A DNA stretch of 64,000 nucleotides from an uncultured archaeon. Lineage in GTDB: Archaea; Asgardarchaeota; Thorarchaeia; Thorarchaeales; Thorarchaeaceae. The DNA lies in the NCBI GenBank assembly GCA_964473825.1, contig CAYYQL010000007.1, forward strand, positions 1 to 64,000, written 5' to 3'. Shown piece by piece: positions 1 to 9,966 of the stretch. Both the position numbers and the translations under genes were made by a program. Within the stretch, counting starts at the first letter, position 1; the number at the start of each line of letters is the position of its first letter. A model generated the notes under the pieces. It made no database searches, had not been told where the DNA came from, and was given only the letters and a program-made list of their open reading frames with translations.

Positions 1-537
1 CGACTCTTCACTCCTGATGGCGGTCGTGAGATGGTAAAGGCTAGTGTTGTTCGTCACTTCATTGTTGACGACAGTGATCTCCGAGGAGCCATTGAGAACT
101 ATGCATGATAGTCTCTGACGAATGACGTTGTTCCGAATCTCACCATTAGTGACATTGTATAGCACAACTCCATCACCGTCGAACCCACCTGCGAGGAGGC
201 AATCCCGGATGATGAAGTATGCATCAGCATCTGCAATCCGGATGGAAGTCCCGGTGCTAGTGATATTGAAGCCCTCGATGATGTACGGATTGGTCGAGGA
301 TCCATCGCCTGGAAAGCCTGCCGGTGCGAACTCCTCATTCGAGCTGATCATGATGGGGTCATGAGTCACATAGGATGCAGCCACGGCACTGCGCAGTGGG
401 TCTTCTGTTTCATCAACGGCTCTTGTTGTAGTGGGATGGAGAACGGTAGGATCTTGAACCAGAACCAACCAGCGTGCGAGAAGGAGAAAGACGATCCCTA
501 TTGTGAGAATGCGCACAGGCATCAGTCTACCATTCAT
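1..537 (-). CDS. Secreted/surface parallel beta-helix (NosD-like) protein, 5' part only (runs off window start)
   Basis: Not in the ORF track; translated by hand. ATG at 537, hydrophobic N-terminus (ILTIGIVFLLLARWLVLV), then HDPIMISSNEEFAPAGFPGDGSSTNPYIIEGFNI and beta-helix-like repeats (GVVLYNVTNGEIRNNVI, IVLNGSSEITVVNNEV). Open to position 1. Confidence 0.8.
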   Translation of the reverse strand, partial: MNGRLMPVRILTIGIVFLLLARWLVLVQDPTVLHPTTTRAVDETEDPLRSAVAASYVTHDPIMISSNEEFAPAGFPGDGSSTNPYIIEGFNITSTGTSIRIADADAYFIIRDCLLAGGFDGDGVVLYNVTNGEIRNNVIRQRLSCIVLNGSSEITVVNNEVTNNTSLYHLTTAIRSEES

Positions 538-704
538 CGTGGGTACTCACTCCTCTGACTCCAAGCATCGGCGAACGACACTCCTATGTACATAACAAAT
601 CGGCGTTGATTTCAGTCTTACCGTCGGTGTCATCCACCTGAATAGTAGTTCCCTCCATGAGCCCTCGAACCCGAAGGCTGCGTACAGTGGACGATGCAAC
701 CCTG

Positions 705-1211
705 TCATGGCGTGTAGAATCCACAGTCATCACTCAGAACCCGTATCTTGATGTAGTCCATGACCCACGAGTCCGACTGGTCATCCCAGGACTCTGAGGA
801 TGCATAGATCTGAATGGTGAAGGTGTCACTGGAGATGTACCCGCCCACATCTAGCGTGAACTCAGTGCCGACTGGCAGTGTCCACGTGCTGCCACCTATC
901 TTCAGGATAAGGTCCTCCGAGCCTGTCTGCGACCCTAGCTTCAGCTGCAGCGGGGCGTCGTCGTATGCATCGTAATCCAGATCTGTGAAGGTGAACTGGT
1001 GATTGAACTTCTTGCAGTAGTATCTGGTTCGTATCCTGTGCTCATCAACACCAACGAACTGAGAATCGCTCACTGTGGCCTCATATCTGACCTTGAAGTC
1101 TCCGTGTAAATACTGATAGTCTATCGAAGTAAGTAAGCACCAAGCTCCGGCGAGGTGTTCAATCCACCGCTTGGACTGTCTGAGGCGAATGTGTTTCTCA
1201 ACGCCAATCAT
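705..1211 (-). pseudogene. Probable fragment of a beta-sandwich surface-protein gene
   Basis: C-terminal part looks protein-like (FTIQIYASSESWDDQSDSWVMDYIKIRV) but the N-terminus does not and there is no signal peptide. It lies in a ~1.5 kb stretch with no intact long ORF. Confidence 0.3.
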
Positions 1212-2013
1212 ACAAGAGTCCGGTATGAACCCGGCGACCAGAAAGCTGATGGTGGCGTATCATTATCAATGGTTGCGGGACTCTCGCAGGAATGGATAGA
1301 CCCCCATAGAGTCTGACCCTGCAGGTGGTTGCCATGGCATCGTTGCGGATTTCACAGCTATCGGCAGACTGCATTCATAAGATCCTGCGGTAGTATCTGA
1401 GATTATGTCGGCGACAGATGAAGAAGATGCTTCTCTCAAGGAAACGACTCGATGACACAATTGGATGACTCCACTGAGAAGCTGTTGAACCCTATTCTTG
1501 TACAACGAAGACGCGCAAAAGGTTCTTGGATAATTGGATCTGCAGTAAGACGAGTAGAAGCAGTTACGATACGTATTGGGATTCGGGATGGACTCGGACA
1601 AAACACTGAATTGTACAAGAATTTCGAGATTCGTTTTGTGATTGCTGTTAACTATCAAGATAGACACTCAACTGATGACCTTGATCTTGGAATGATTGCT
1701 TATTGGGGATGAAGCCCTTCTTCCCGGTGTGTGATTTTGGCAACACCGTGAGAAAGGCGGGGATAGGGGTGTAGTGGCAATACTCCATCAGCTGGTCTAC
1801 AAGACCCTCGCCCGATGTGTTTGTGTCGGTGTGCTGGGCAAACCCATTGGATCCCACATGAGAATTTGCGCCATGAATTTGTTTGCTAGCCCACATAGGC
1901 TATGACAGTGCGCCATGAACAAACCCTGCGAAACCCCTGGTATCAATAAGGACAAGTGCCCAAGGTTCGCAATGGGCTAGTGGAAGCTGATGACCATCTG
2001 GATAGTATAACTG

Positions 2014-2062
2014 GGCTGAGCCGGCTGAGCTCGGCTCAACCTTTCACTTAATCTTCTGTTTT
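2014..2062 (+). terminator. GC-rich hairpin followed by T-rich tract (possible terminator)
   Basis: TGAGCCG (2017-2023) pairs with CGGCTCA (2032-2038), followed by ctttcacttaatcttctgtttttg. Confidence 0.3.
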
Positions 2063-2143
2063 TGTAGATTCTCCAATGCCGGATTTCAGAGCAAGAGTTA
2101 TCAGGAACATTCAATCAGAGCTTCACACTACTGGTGAGGTGCA

Positions 2144-2410
2144 ATGGTCAAAGCATATGTGTTGATCAAAGCTGCAAGTGGCAAGGAAGAGGATGTTATC
2201 AAGGCGCTCAATCAGATGTCCGTCACCGACGAAGCACATGGTGTGTTTGGCGGGTATGATATTGTTGCCGAGATTCGAGGACGAGACATGGAGACCCTCA
2301 TCGAGATAGTTACTGGAAAGATCAGGAAAATCGATGGGATAATTGACACTGAAACACTCTTGATTGTTGACTTTGACTTGGACATATCTTCAAGCAGTCT
2401 TGCATCCTAG
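2144..2410 (+). CDS. Stand-alone Lrp/AsnC ligand-binding (RAM) domain protein
   Basis: AYVLIKA...EAHGVFGGYDIVAEI...KIRKIDGIIDTETL pattern, no HTH; GGTGAGGTG RBS upstream. Confidence 0.85.
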   Translation: MVKAYVLIKAASGKEEDVIKALNQMSVTDEAHGVFGGYDIVAEIRGRDMETLIEIVTGKIRKIDGIIDTETLLIVDFDLDISSSSLAS

Positions 2411-2551
2411 ACACAAGTCAGACGATTTCGAGAGGGACAGGAGAGCCGAACGAATCGATTGTGGTTTGCTCTCAGAGTCTGTCCGCAAATCTGTTAAATG
2501 CATGTGCCCTTACCAGAGAGTGGGATTATCAATACAGGAGTGTATTCCGGG

Positions 2552-3361
2552 ATGCCTCACAAAACACTTTCAAGAAAACCGTTCATGCTAATGTTGAAGG
2601 ACGACTCTGGCGAACTCTCGCCGGTCAGACTTGACCCGAATCTCGCAAACAGCGAGAATGCGCTTATTGTACTTGACGAATACAATGACAAATGCTGGGT
2701 CTGGGTCGGCAGAAACGTCGGTATGCCCACTCGTATGCATGCTCTTAGAATGGGCAGAAGCCTTCAGAAGAGTGGGCATCAAGTGGGCGCGACCACCATC
2801 GGCATGGCCACAGAAAACCTTGTTGAGATACTGGAGAAGAATGACAGCGACCCCGATGTTGCAGCTGCGATTGATGAGTTCCGTAACGCCATCTCTGGTA
2901 GATGGAAGTTCGATGACAAGTGTCTAGCCTACGAAGAACAGAGAGCTGCGGAGTACGAGGCAGAGCCAGTGCGAGTTAGAGAAACTGCACCTCATGAAGC
3001 ACATGTTGAAGAGCCAACACCCCCTCCCAGGGAGCGTGCCACAGCCCCCGCACCGCAAGTTGTCAGAGCTGAAACTGTTTCACCACGTCCCGAAGCCGTC
3101 AGTCCGCCTCCAGTTGAGAATCTAGCAGAGAAGAAGGTAGCTTTTCTCCTCTATTCTGCCGTGAAAAATGCAGACCTCATCTACACTGAGCGGTTCGAGA
3201 GAGATGGACGAATGGGCGTAAAGATAGAAGCGCCAGGTACCATGGTCGTTGAAGCCGTTATGGACGGGGACAGCTTGATTGTCGAGCCTGCAGACTTCGG
3301 AGGCGGGGAAGAGGCACAGAAGATCAAGCGGGATTTCGAGTCTTGGCTCTCCAAGATCTAG
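2552..3361 (+). CDS. Gelsolin-like domain protein with Pro-rich linker and C-terminal extra domain
   Basis: ALIVLDEYNDKCWVWVGRNVGMPTRMHALRMG matches the gelsolin-repeat core (hhhLD...hhVWxG...helix); PTPPP/SPPP linker. Start moved to ATG 2552, which has an AGGAG RBS. Confidence 0.7.
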   Translation: MPHKTLSRKPFMLMLKDDSGELSPVRLDPNLANSENALIVLDEYNDKCWVWVGRNVGMPTRMHALRMGRSLQKSGHQVGATTIGMATENLVEILEKNDSDPDVAAAIDEFRNAISGRWKFDDKCLAYEEQRAAEYEAEPVRVRETAPHEAHVEEPTPPPRERATAPAPQVVRAETVSPRPEAVSPPPVENLAEKKVAFLLYSAVKNADLIYTERFERDGRMGVKIEAPGTMVVEAVMDGDSLIVEPADFGGGEEAQKIKRDFESWLSKI

Positions 3362-3586
3362 AGTTTGTGATGTGCCGCACAAGCCCAACCTGACAGAGGG
3401 ATTGCCTCAAAGAGTTGCGGCCAGTGCCGTTTTTCGAAGAAACATCACTCTATCGTTCAAGATGTTCAAACACGAAACGGATAGCTTGAAGATATCACTA
3501 TTCTCAGTGAGTACCATGGATGGGAAACCTCCCTTTTCTGACAAACTTAATCAGATGGGCCTTCTCCAAAGCTGTGAGGCTGCCAG

Positions 3587-4525
3587 ATGAGTACACTGAG
3601 ATGGAACGCACTGATGGAAGAGTGGGTCATTGTCACACCCAGAAGGGCAAGACGTCCGTTTCAAAATGAAGAGAAAGACTGCCCCTTCTGCCCTGGTCAG
3701 CCTGAAACTAAGGGCGATTGGGATGTACTGACCTTGGAAAACAAGTATGCAGCCCTTCGAGAAGGGCCGGGGCCGATTCCCTTAGACGAGAGTATAGTGA
3801 TGGAAGCACCCGCCTACGGAGTTTCTCAAGTTATTGTCACTTCCCGACATCACAATCAGCAGGTCGAGAACATGAATGAAGAACAGCTAACCCGCGTCTT
3901 CAACGAGTATAGAAGGGTCTTTTCAGAGCTTGATAAGAAGGAGGGGATCAAATATGTGATGGAATTCGAGAACAGGGGAAAGGCAATAGGTGTTAGTCTC
4001 AATCACCCGCACGCTCAAGTTTATGCGCTACCGTTCATTCCTCCACGCATATCGAGAGAGATTCATGCTTTTCAAAGAAGCTGGGCAGAAGAAAAGAAGT
4101 GTCTGATTTGCCAGATGCTGGAGAGCGAACTCAAGAGTGAGATAAGAGTCGTTCATGAGACTGACAAGTTTGTTTCGCTTGTTCCCTTTGCCGCTAGACT
4201 TCCCTATGAGGTTCACATCTATCCCAAGTGGCATGTTGATAGTCTGTCGACGATTACGGACGAAATCACTAGTTTGGGGCTGATGGTCAAGGATATTGTA
4301 AGAAGGTATTCCAGAGTCTTCGAGCAGAATTCGTATGTCATGGCAATGCATACACGCCCGTCCATTGGGAAACATCCCTACTGGCACTTCCATATCGAGT
4401 TCTATCCTCCATGGAGAGATAGAACGAGAATCAAATACTTGGCCGGTATCGAGACCGGTGCTGGTACTTACACTAACGACTCTCAACCTGAAGAAAAGGC
4501 CAAGGAATTGAGGGAGGCCCTATGA
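3587..4525 (+). CDS. galT: Galactose-1-phosphate uridylyltransferase
   Basis: RWNALMEEWV...RARRP, CPFCPG, FENRGKAIGVSLNHPHAQ (HxHxQ motif), HFHIEFYPP. Confidence 0.93.
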   Translation: MSTLRWNALMEEWVIVTPRRARRPFQNEEKDCPFCPGQPETKGDWDVLTLENKYAALREGPGPIPLDESIVMEAPAYGVSQVIVTSRHHNQQVENMNEEQLTRVFNEYRRVFSELDKKEGIKYVMEFENRGKAIGVSLNHPHAQVYALPFIPPRISREIHAFQRSWAEEKKCLICQMLESELKSEIRVVHETDKFVSLVPFAARLPYEVHIYPKWHVDSLSTITDEITSLGLMVKDIVRRYSRVFEQNSYVMAMHTRPSIGKHPYWHFHIEFYPPWRDRTRIKYLAGIETGAGTYTNDSQPEEKAKELREAL

Positions 4526-4526
4526 G

Positions 4527-5693
4527 ATGATACTTCCAGAGGTACTCGAAAAGGAGGCACACACTTTTCTCGGTAATGCTCTGGAAGACGCACTTGTTTC
4601 CCGGGCACCTGGCAGAGTGGAGATTCTAGGCAACCATATTGACTACAACGGCGGAGCCGTTTTGGCAGCAACTATCAGGCGTTTCATCTGGAGTATAGGA
4701 GTACTCTCTGACTCGGACAGAGCGAACATCCGTTCCGTGCGATTCGAAGAGAACGTGTCCTTTCCCCTCGATTCATTGAAGCCCACGAACTCTAGGTTGT
4801 GGAGTGACTACGTAAAGGGAATCTATTGGGCACTCGACAGAAGAGGGCATAAACCGTTGCCAGTGCGTGCGATCGTCCATGGCGATATCCCGCTTGGTGC
4901 AGGCCTCAGTTCCTCCGCAGCTCTGGAGATATCTACGGTTAACCTGGTGCTAGAGTTGAGCGGAGTGAATCTTCCGGACAAGGCAAAAGCAATGCTTGCG
5001 TTCGAGGCCGAGAGAATCTATTGCGGTGTGGCGTGCGGCATCATGGACCAGTTCACCTCCCAGCTGTGTAAACCCGGATCGCTCATTGCCATACAGTGCA
5101 CATCTATGCAGACCCGGGACATTGCTTTTCCAGAGGACCTATCCCTGGTCATCGTAGATTCAGGTATTTCCAGAGCTGCAGCGGAAGCACTCAATGAGAG
5201 AAGGAAGGAATGCAGAACCGCCCTCTCTAGGCTTCAAAGGGAGGGGTGGGATAAGAGCAATCTCAGCCAGATAGCCCCAATCGAATTGACTCGCGCAGAA
5301 TCTGTTCTGAACGATAAACTTCTCAAACGAGTCAGACACGTTGTCATGGAACATGAACGGGTCCGGGAAGGAATCCGTGCACTAGAACAACGCGATCTTG
5401 AGACCTTCGGAAATCTGCTGTATCAGTCGCACGAATCATCCAAGACCCAATACGATGTTTCTCATGAGTATCTTGACCTGTTGGTAGAGATGTTCAGGAA
5501 TCAGAAAGGAGTCATAGGAAGCCGACTAACTGGTGCAGGCTTTGGCGGTTCCGTACTCGCGATTGTTGAGAATGAGTATGTAGCCAAAGCAAAGAAGCAT
5601 ATCTCGAAAGAGTATCTCAGAAAGACCGGCATCGAACCCCAGATTATCGAGTCGACCATCCCAGGTGGAGTCACTCTGTGGAAGAACAAGTAG
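4527..5693 (+). CDS. galK: Galactokinase (GHMP kinase)
   Basis: APGRVEILGNHIDYNGG, PLGAGLSSSAA, CGIMDQ, GSRLTGAGFGGS; begins 1 nt after galT. Confidence 0.88.
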   Translation: MILPEVLEKEAHTFLGNALEDALVSRAPGRVEILGNHIDYNGGAVLAATIRRFIWSIGVLSDSDRANIRSVRFEENVSFPLDSLKPTNSRLWSDYVKGIYWALDRRGHKPLPVRAIVHGDIPLGAGLSSSAALEISTVNLVLELSGVNLPDKAKAMLAFEAERIYCGVACGIMDQFTSQLCKPGSLIAIQCTSMQTRDIAFPEDLSLVIVDSGISRAAAEALNERRKECRTALSRLQREGWDKSNLSQIAPIELTRAESVLNDKLLKRVRHVVMEHERVREGIRALEQRDLETFGNLLYQSHESSKTQYDVSHEYLDLLVEMFRNQKGVIGSRLTGAGFGGSVLAIVENEYVAKAKKHISKEYLRKTGIEPQIIESTIPGGVTLWKNK

Positions 5694-5739
5694 TCGAACT
5701 ATTCATTAAACGGGTTGTCGTGTCTCCGATGTAAGAGCT

Positions 5740-8682
5740 ATGGGCGGTGACCATGTGAAACCTGACGAACTGGATGCAATTGTGATAAGCGAAACTCATT
5801 GGGATAGGGCATGGTATCGGACCTTCGAGGAGTTCAGACTACGCCTGGTCAAACTGGTTGACAAGCTGCTTATAATTCTAGAGAACAACCCCGACTTCAC
5901 CCACTACACGTTCGACGGGCAGACCATCGTCCTCGAGGACTTTCTTGAGGTGAAGCCGCAAGAGAGGAGTAGACTAGAGAGATTCATAGGTAACGGCAGG
6001 ATTCTGGTAGGGCCGTGGTACGTGCTCCCTGATGTCTTCCTAGTATCGGGAGAGTCGTTGATTCGCAATCTTCTGATGGGCCGGCGGATCGCGCAGGAGT
6101 TTGGCCAAGTAATGGATGTTGGGTACATTCCCGACCCCTTCGGTCTTGTTAGCCAACTCCCACAAATAGTATCACAGTTTGGCTATGACTCTATTATCTT
6201 CGCACGTGGAACAGGCGACGAAGTAGATGAGCTTGGTTCCGAGTTCATCTGGAAGGCACCGGATGGTTCCGAGGTCATGGCTCACTGGCTGCCACTATCT
6301 TACGGAAATATTGCCTGGCTTCCGCCAGATGTAGATGATGCAGTATCTGTCATTGAAGGCGTATTGGACGAACTTCAACAAAGGTCCGTCATTAAGACTT
6401 GTCTCCTCATGAACGGCTCAGATCACTTGGAGCCTCAGGAACATCTCCCTGAAGTGATTAGGACATACAACCAGAGACATGACAGGAATCTGGTCTTGGG
6501 AACCCTTCCAATGTTTGCGGAGCTGATGCGAGAGAAGAGAGACCATCTTCAGACGTTCACTGGAGAGTTCAGACGGTCCAAACACCAAAACTTGCTCTCG
6601 GGGGTATACTCCGCGCGTGTATATCTCAAACAGTCCAATGAAGCAACTCAACGGTTCCTTGAGCGCTGGGTTGAGCCTTGGAACGTGTGCCGATTTGTTC
6701 AGGATCGCAAGTATCCTCTAGATGAGATACGGCAGGCTTGGAAATACCTTCTCAAGAACCACCCTCATGATGATATCTGCGGCTGCAGTATAGATGAAGT
6801 CCACGATGATATGATGCAACGCTTCAGGTGGACACTAGAGATCGGAGATGACTTGCTGACATCTGCCTTCGAAGACCTGAGCGCCTCGCTTCAGAACAAC
6901 ACGCCAAGTGTCATAGTCTTCAACCCGATTCCGCGGGAGCGAAAGGAGATAGCGTTTCTTGAAATACCACTCTCGGACCTTCGATATAGCAGACTAGCTG
7001 AATTTCAACTGGTTGACCCCACACTACAGGCTGACTCCCCCTTGGAAGCAGCTAAGAACGAGGTCCATGTGAATTTCGTACGCAGTCAGGGGTTTGAACC
7101 GACGCCGATGGAAACCCGAGAGATCAGAAAAGGAGGAGAAACTCTCACCGAGTACGAGTTTGACTTCTCGGGCTTTGCTGCTCTCTTTCCCCAGCTCAAG
7201 GACTCCTTGAGCCATCTCTCGACCGCTTATCGGATACGAGTGAACAGCGAAAACGAAGTCGTAGAGGTCTGGGTGCGAAAGCATGATGCCGAGAATGAGA
7301 TGCATGGGCAACTGTGTCTGACAGATAGCGAAGGGATAGAAGTCCCGGTTCAACTTGTTGACTTGGAAACAAGAACAGATCCAGAGGGGAGATTGGTCGC
7401 AGATATGGAGGAATTCAGGACATATGCTGTGATGGCCGATAGAGTACCTGGTCTGGGGTTCAAACGATATGACATCTCGCTCAAGGCAGATGCGTCTGTT
7501 TTAGAGATAGAAGGGAGGGTTGTCTGTTCTCAGAACTGTCTTGAGAACTCGCTGGTCAGGATTCAGATAGATGACCGAGGGAGAATCGAACTCACTGACA
7601 AAATGAACGGCGAGGTCTATGCCGGGCTGCTCTGTTTTGAAGACAGTGGGGATATAGGCGATGAGTACGATTACGGTCCGATACCAGACGATGCCAGTAT
7701 TAGATTTGAAGACATCAAGGTGAACCGGTCTGTAGGCAACAAGGGACCCCTCGTTGGCTCAATCATCATAACGGGCGAGCTCAGTCTACCTGTTTCGGCC
7801 AATTCGGATCGAACAGGGAGAGCGGATGAATACGTGCAGTGCGAGTTCGTCACGGAAGTCGAATTGCATGCAGACTGCCCGACGATAAGAGTGACAACCG
7901 AGGTTGACAATCGAGCCGAAGACCACAGGCTTAGGATGCTATTCCCCACAGGGACAGATGCAGAAACAGTCTTCGCTGACAGTACATTTGATGTAATCGA
8001 GAGATCAATGCGCCCCGAAGAGCATCCGGACTGGTATCAACCCACTGTTCCGACTTACCCCATGCGAAGCTTCGTCAGTTTCAGTTCTAGCTCACGAGGA
8101 CTGGCAATAACAACTCGAGGCTTGCAGGAATTTGAAGTCTTGGACGAAAGGGGTGGTACCATTGCAGTAACCCTCGTACGTGCTGTGGGATGGTTATCGA
8201 GGATGGGAATGCTTACCCGACGGGAGGCTGCAGGGCCTGTACTGGAAACACCTGGTGCACAGTGTCAGGGTTGGAACGCATACGAGTTTTCCATTACACC
8301 ACACCAAGGCAACTGGTTTGATTCGGAGATACACGTCACATCAGAGGAGTATCTCGTCCCCATGACCGCAGAGTTCGCTCCTGCAGGAGATTCCACCAAG
8401 GAGACCTCGCAGAGGGGCTTTCTTATCGTAGAACCAGCCTGCATCAAACTCTCTGCATGCAAGCTCTCTGAAGATGGTAAGGCCGTCATAGTACGCGTCT
8501 GGAATGTTTCAGTTCAAGAGCAGGAGTGTTCTCTCAGAGCCGGGTTCGATTTCGCGGAGGTGTCGGCCGTGTGGGCCGATGAAACACCGGATGAGGGAGT
8601 TGATATCAAGAATGTCGAGAGAAAGGTGGGGTTCTATATCAGAGCGAAACAGATAGTCACACTGTCATTCAAGCTCAAGTGA
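5740..8682 (+). CDS. Glycoside hydrolase family 38 alpha-mannosidase (MngB-like)
   Basis: ETHWDRAWY, FDGQT, VGPWYVLPD...SGESLIRNL, YIPDPFG (nucleophile Asp), NHPHDDICGCSIDEVH, C-terminal DHRLRMLF. Confidence 0.92.
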   Translation: MGGDHVKPDELDAIVISETHWDRAWYRTFEEFRLRLVKLVDKLLIILENNPDFTHYTFDGQTIVLEDFLEVKPQERSRLERFIGNGRILVGPWYVLPDVFLVSGESLIRNLLMGRRIAQEFGQVMDVGYIPDPFGLVSQLPQIVSQFGYDSIIFARGTGDEVDELGSEFIWKAPDGSEVMAHWLPLSYGNIAWLPPDVDDAVSVIEGVLDELQQRSVIKTCLLMNGSDHLEPQEHLPEVIRTYNQRHDRNLVLGTLPMFAELMREKRDHLQTFTGEFRRSKHQNLLSGVYSARVYLKQSNEATQRFLERWVEPWNVCRFVQDRKYPLDEIRQAWKYLLKNHPHDDICGCSIDEVHDDMMQRFRWTLEIGDDLLTSAFEDLSASLQNNTPSVIVFNPIPRERKEIAFLEIPLSDLRYSRLAEFQLVDPTLQADSPLEAAKNEVHVNFVRSQGFEPTPMETREIRKGGETLTEYEFDFSGFAALFPQLKDSLSHLSTAYRIRVNSENEVVEVWVRKHDAENEMHGQLCLTDSEGIEVPVQLVDLETRTDPEGRLVADMEEFRTYAVMADRVPGLGFKRYDISLKADASVLEIEGRVVCSQNCLENSLVRIQIDDRGRIELTDKMNGEVYAGLLCFEDSGDIGDEYDYGPIPDDASIRFEDIKVNRSVGNKGPLVGSIIITGELSLPVSANSDRTGRADEYVQCEFVTEVELHADCPTIRVTTEVDNRAEDHRLRMLFPTGTDAETVFADSTFDVIERSMRPEEHPDWYQPTVPTYPMRSFVSFSSSSRGLAITTRGLQEFEVLDERGGTIAVTLVRAVGWLSRMGMLTRREAAGPVLETPGAQCQGWNAYEFSITPHQGNWFDSEIHVTSEEYLVPMTAEFAPAGDSTKETSQRGFLIVEPACIKLSACKLSEDGKAVIVRVWNVSVQEQECSLRAGFDFAEVSAVWADETPDEGVDIKNVERKVGFYIRAKQIVTLSFKLK

Positions 8683-8695
8683 GGAGAGCTCAGTA

Positions 8696-9418
8696 TTGGT
8701 ACCCATTTCAAGTCAACAATCAATCGCAGAGGATTTCGCACCCATCCTCCATTTCCATCCCGAGGAGGGAACTTTCTGCTGCTTCCCCTCTGATCCCGAG
8801 AAAGTATACGAAGAATATGAGCATGACTGGTCACGGTTCCAGGGTGCACGTGTCCCCAATGCACTTGATTCATCCGTACCATGCTACTACGAATGCTGGC
8901 AGAGAGAGCAGTTTCTGCATCTCCGTTATTGGTTCTGGTATAACTACAACAAGTTCCCCGGCGGAAGATTTGGAATTGGAGAACACGTCGGGGACTGGGA
9001 GCATGTGGAGATTCGATGGTTCCCAGACTATGAAGGAGAAGAAGCCACACTGTGGTTGTTGTCCAATCACCTTGAGTTCAGGCAGGCCTCTCAACCCGTC
9101 TACTTCAAACTATCAGGGTACCCGACGACACAACCAATCCTCACTGAGCATCAAATCCACGTATGGGTTGCACTGGGCTCACATGCCGTCTATCCTGCAC
9201 ATGACAGCAGACCCTATTGCTTCGCGAAAGTGTGGTGTGATGTAATCGGAGAGGGAGGTACAGTATGGAACACACGACCTACACTCTCTCCGCTTACAGA
9301 AGCGAAATTCTCCACCTACGAGGGGCGTTGGGGTGATGACAAGGCACCGCGGAGTCCCACGAATAGCTACAACAACCCGTGGAGAAATGCACCGAACCAG
9401 AGTCCGGTCAGAATTTGA
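8696..9418 (+). CDS. Vps62-like (NPP1-related) protein
   Basis: FAPILHFHPEE, YWFWYNYN, HVGDWEHV, WVALGSHAVYP, YEGRWG, APRSP motifs typical of the Vps62 family; GAGGAG RBS before TTG. Confidence 0.75.
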   Translation: MVPISSQQSIAEDFAPILHFHPEEGTFCCFPSDPEKVYEEYEHDWSRFQGARVPNALDSSVPCYYECWQREQFLHLRYWFWYNYNKFPGGRFGIGEHVGDWEHVEIRWFPDYEGEEATLWLLSNHLEFRQASQPVYFKLSGYPTTQPILTEHQIHVWVALGSHAVYPAHDSRPYCFAKVWCDVIGEGGTVWNTRPTLSPLTEAKFSTYEGRWGDDKAPRSPTNSYNNPWRNAPNQSPVRI

Positions 9419-9435
9419 CCTCATCTCTGTTGTAT

Positions 9436-9966
9436 TCAGTCGTTCTCCGCATTCGAGGGTCTCCAGGGGTCCAGTCTTGGAATCCATCTAGGAACGTTCT
9501 CCGAGTATCGGACATAGTCATCTCCGAATCTGTCCCTCAAGTCGGGCTCCTCATAGACTATGAAGTAGATGTGGTTGCCAAGCCAGAAAACTAGGAGCCA
9601 GATGAGCAGAACTACAGAACCAAACAAGACTGTTTCGGCCAGAAGAATCAACAGGACTCCCAGAATCATGGGATTTCGAACATGAGCATAGATACTGCAA
9701 GTGATGATTTGCCTAGGAGGATCCCATGGAGCCAGAGTGCCAGCACCAATCGTAGAGAACAGCTTGTTGGCTTTCAGGATGAGCGACACACCTAAGAGAA
9801 GGACGCTAGATGCTAATGCGAGAACGACAGTATTCGTGGGAAATGGGAGCGTCAGGAGCGGATGCAAGTCTCCTGTGAGAAACACCAGCACTATGGGGAT
9901 TATGATAAGAACGACAATCGGAAGAGCCAGCACCCCCTTCAGATGCCGTTTCCACGAGATGATCAG
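9436..9966 (-). CDS. Isoprenylcysteine carboxyl methyltransferase / PEMT family membrane protein
   Basis: GAGTLAPWDPP, YAHVRNPMILG, EEPDLRDRFGDDYVRYSENVPRWIPR. The frame extends upstream of the track start (GTG 9933) to CTG 9966. Confidence 0.85.
   Translation of the reverse strand: MIISWKRHLKGVLALPIVVLIIIPIVLVFLTGDLHPLLTLPFPTNTVVLALASSVLLLGVSLILKANKLFSTIGAGTLAPWDPPRQIITCSIYAHVRNPMILGVLLILLAETVLFGSVVLLIWLLVFWLGNHIYFIVYEEPDLRDRFGDDYVRYSENVPRWIPRLDPWRPSNAEND

Noticed and set aside
99-558. Short ORFs listed in the track (99-338, 122-364, 361-558)
   Set aside because: Shadows of the partial minus-strand beta-helix gene at 1-537.
8679-9245. 188-aa alternative-frame ORF over the Vps62-like gene
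   Set aside because: No motifs; the other frame carries the family signatures and an RBS.
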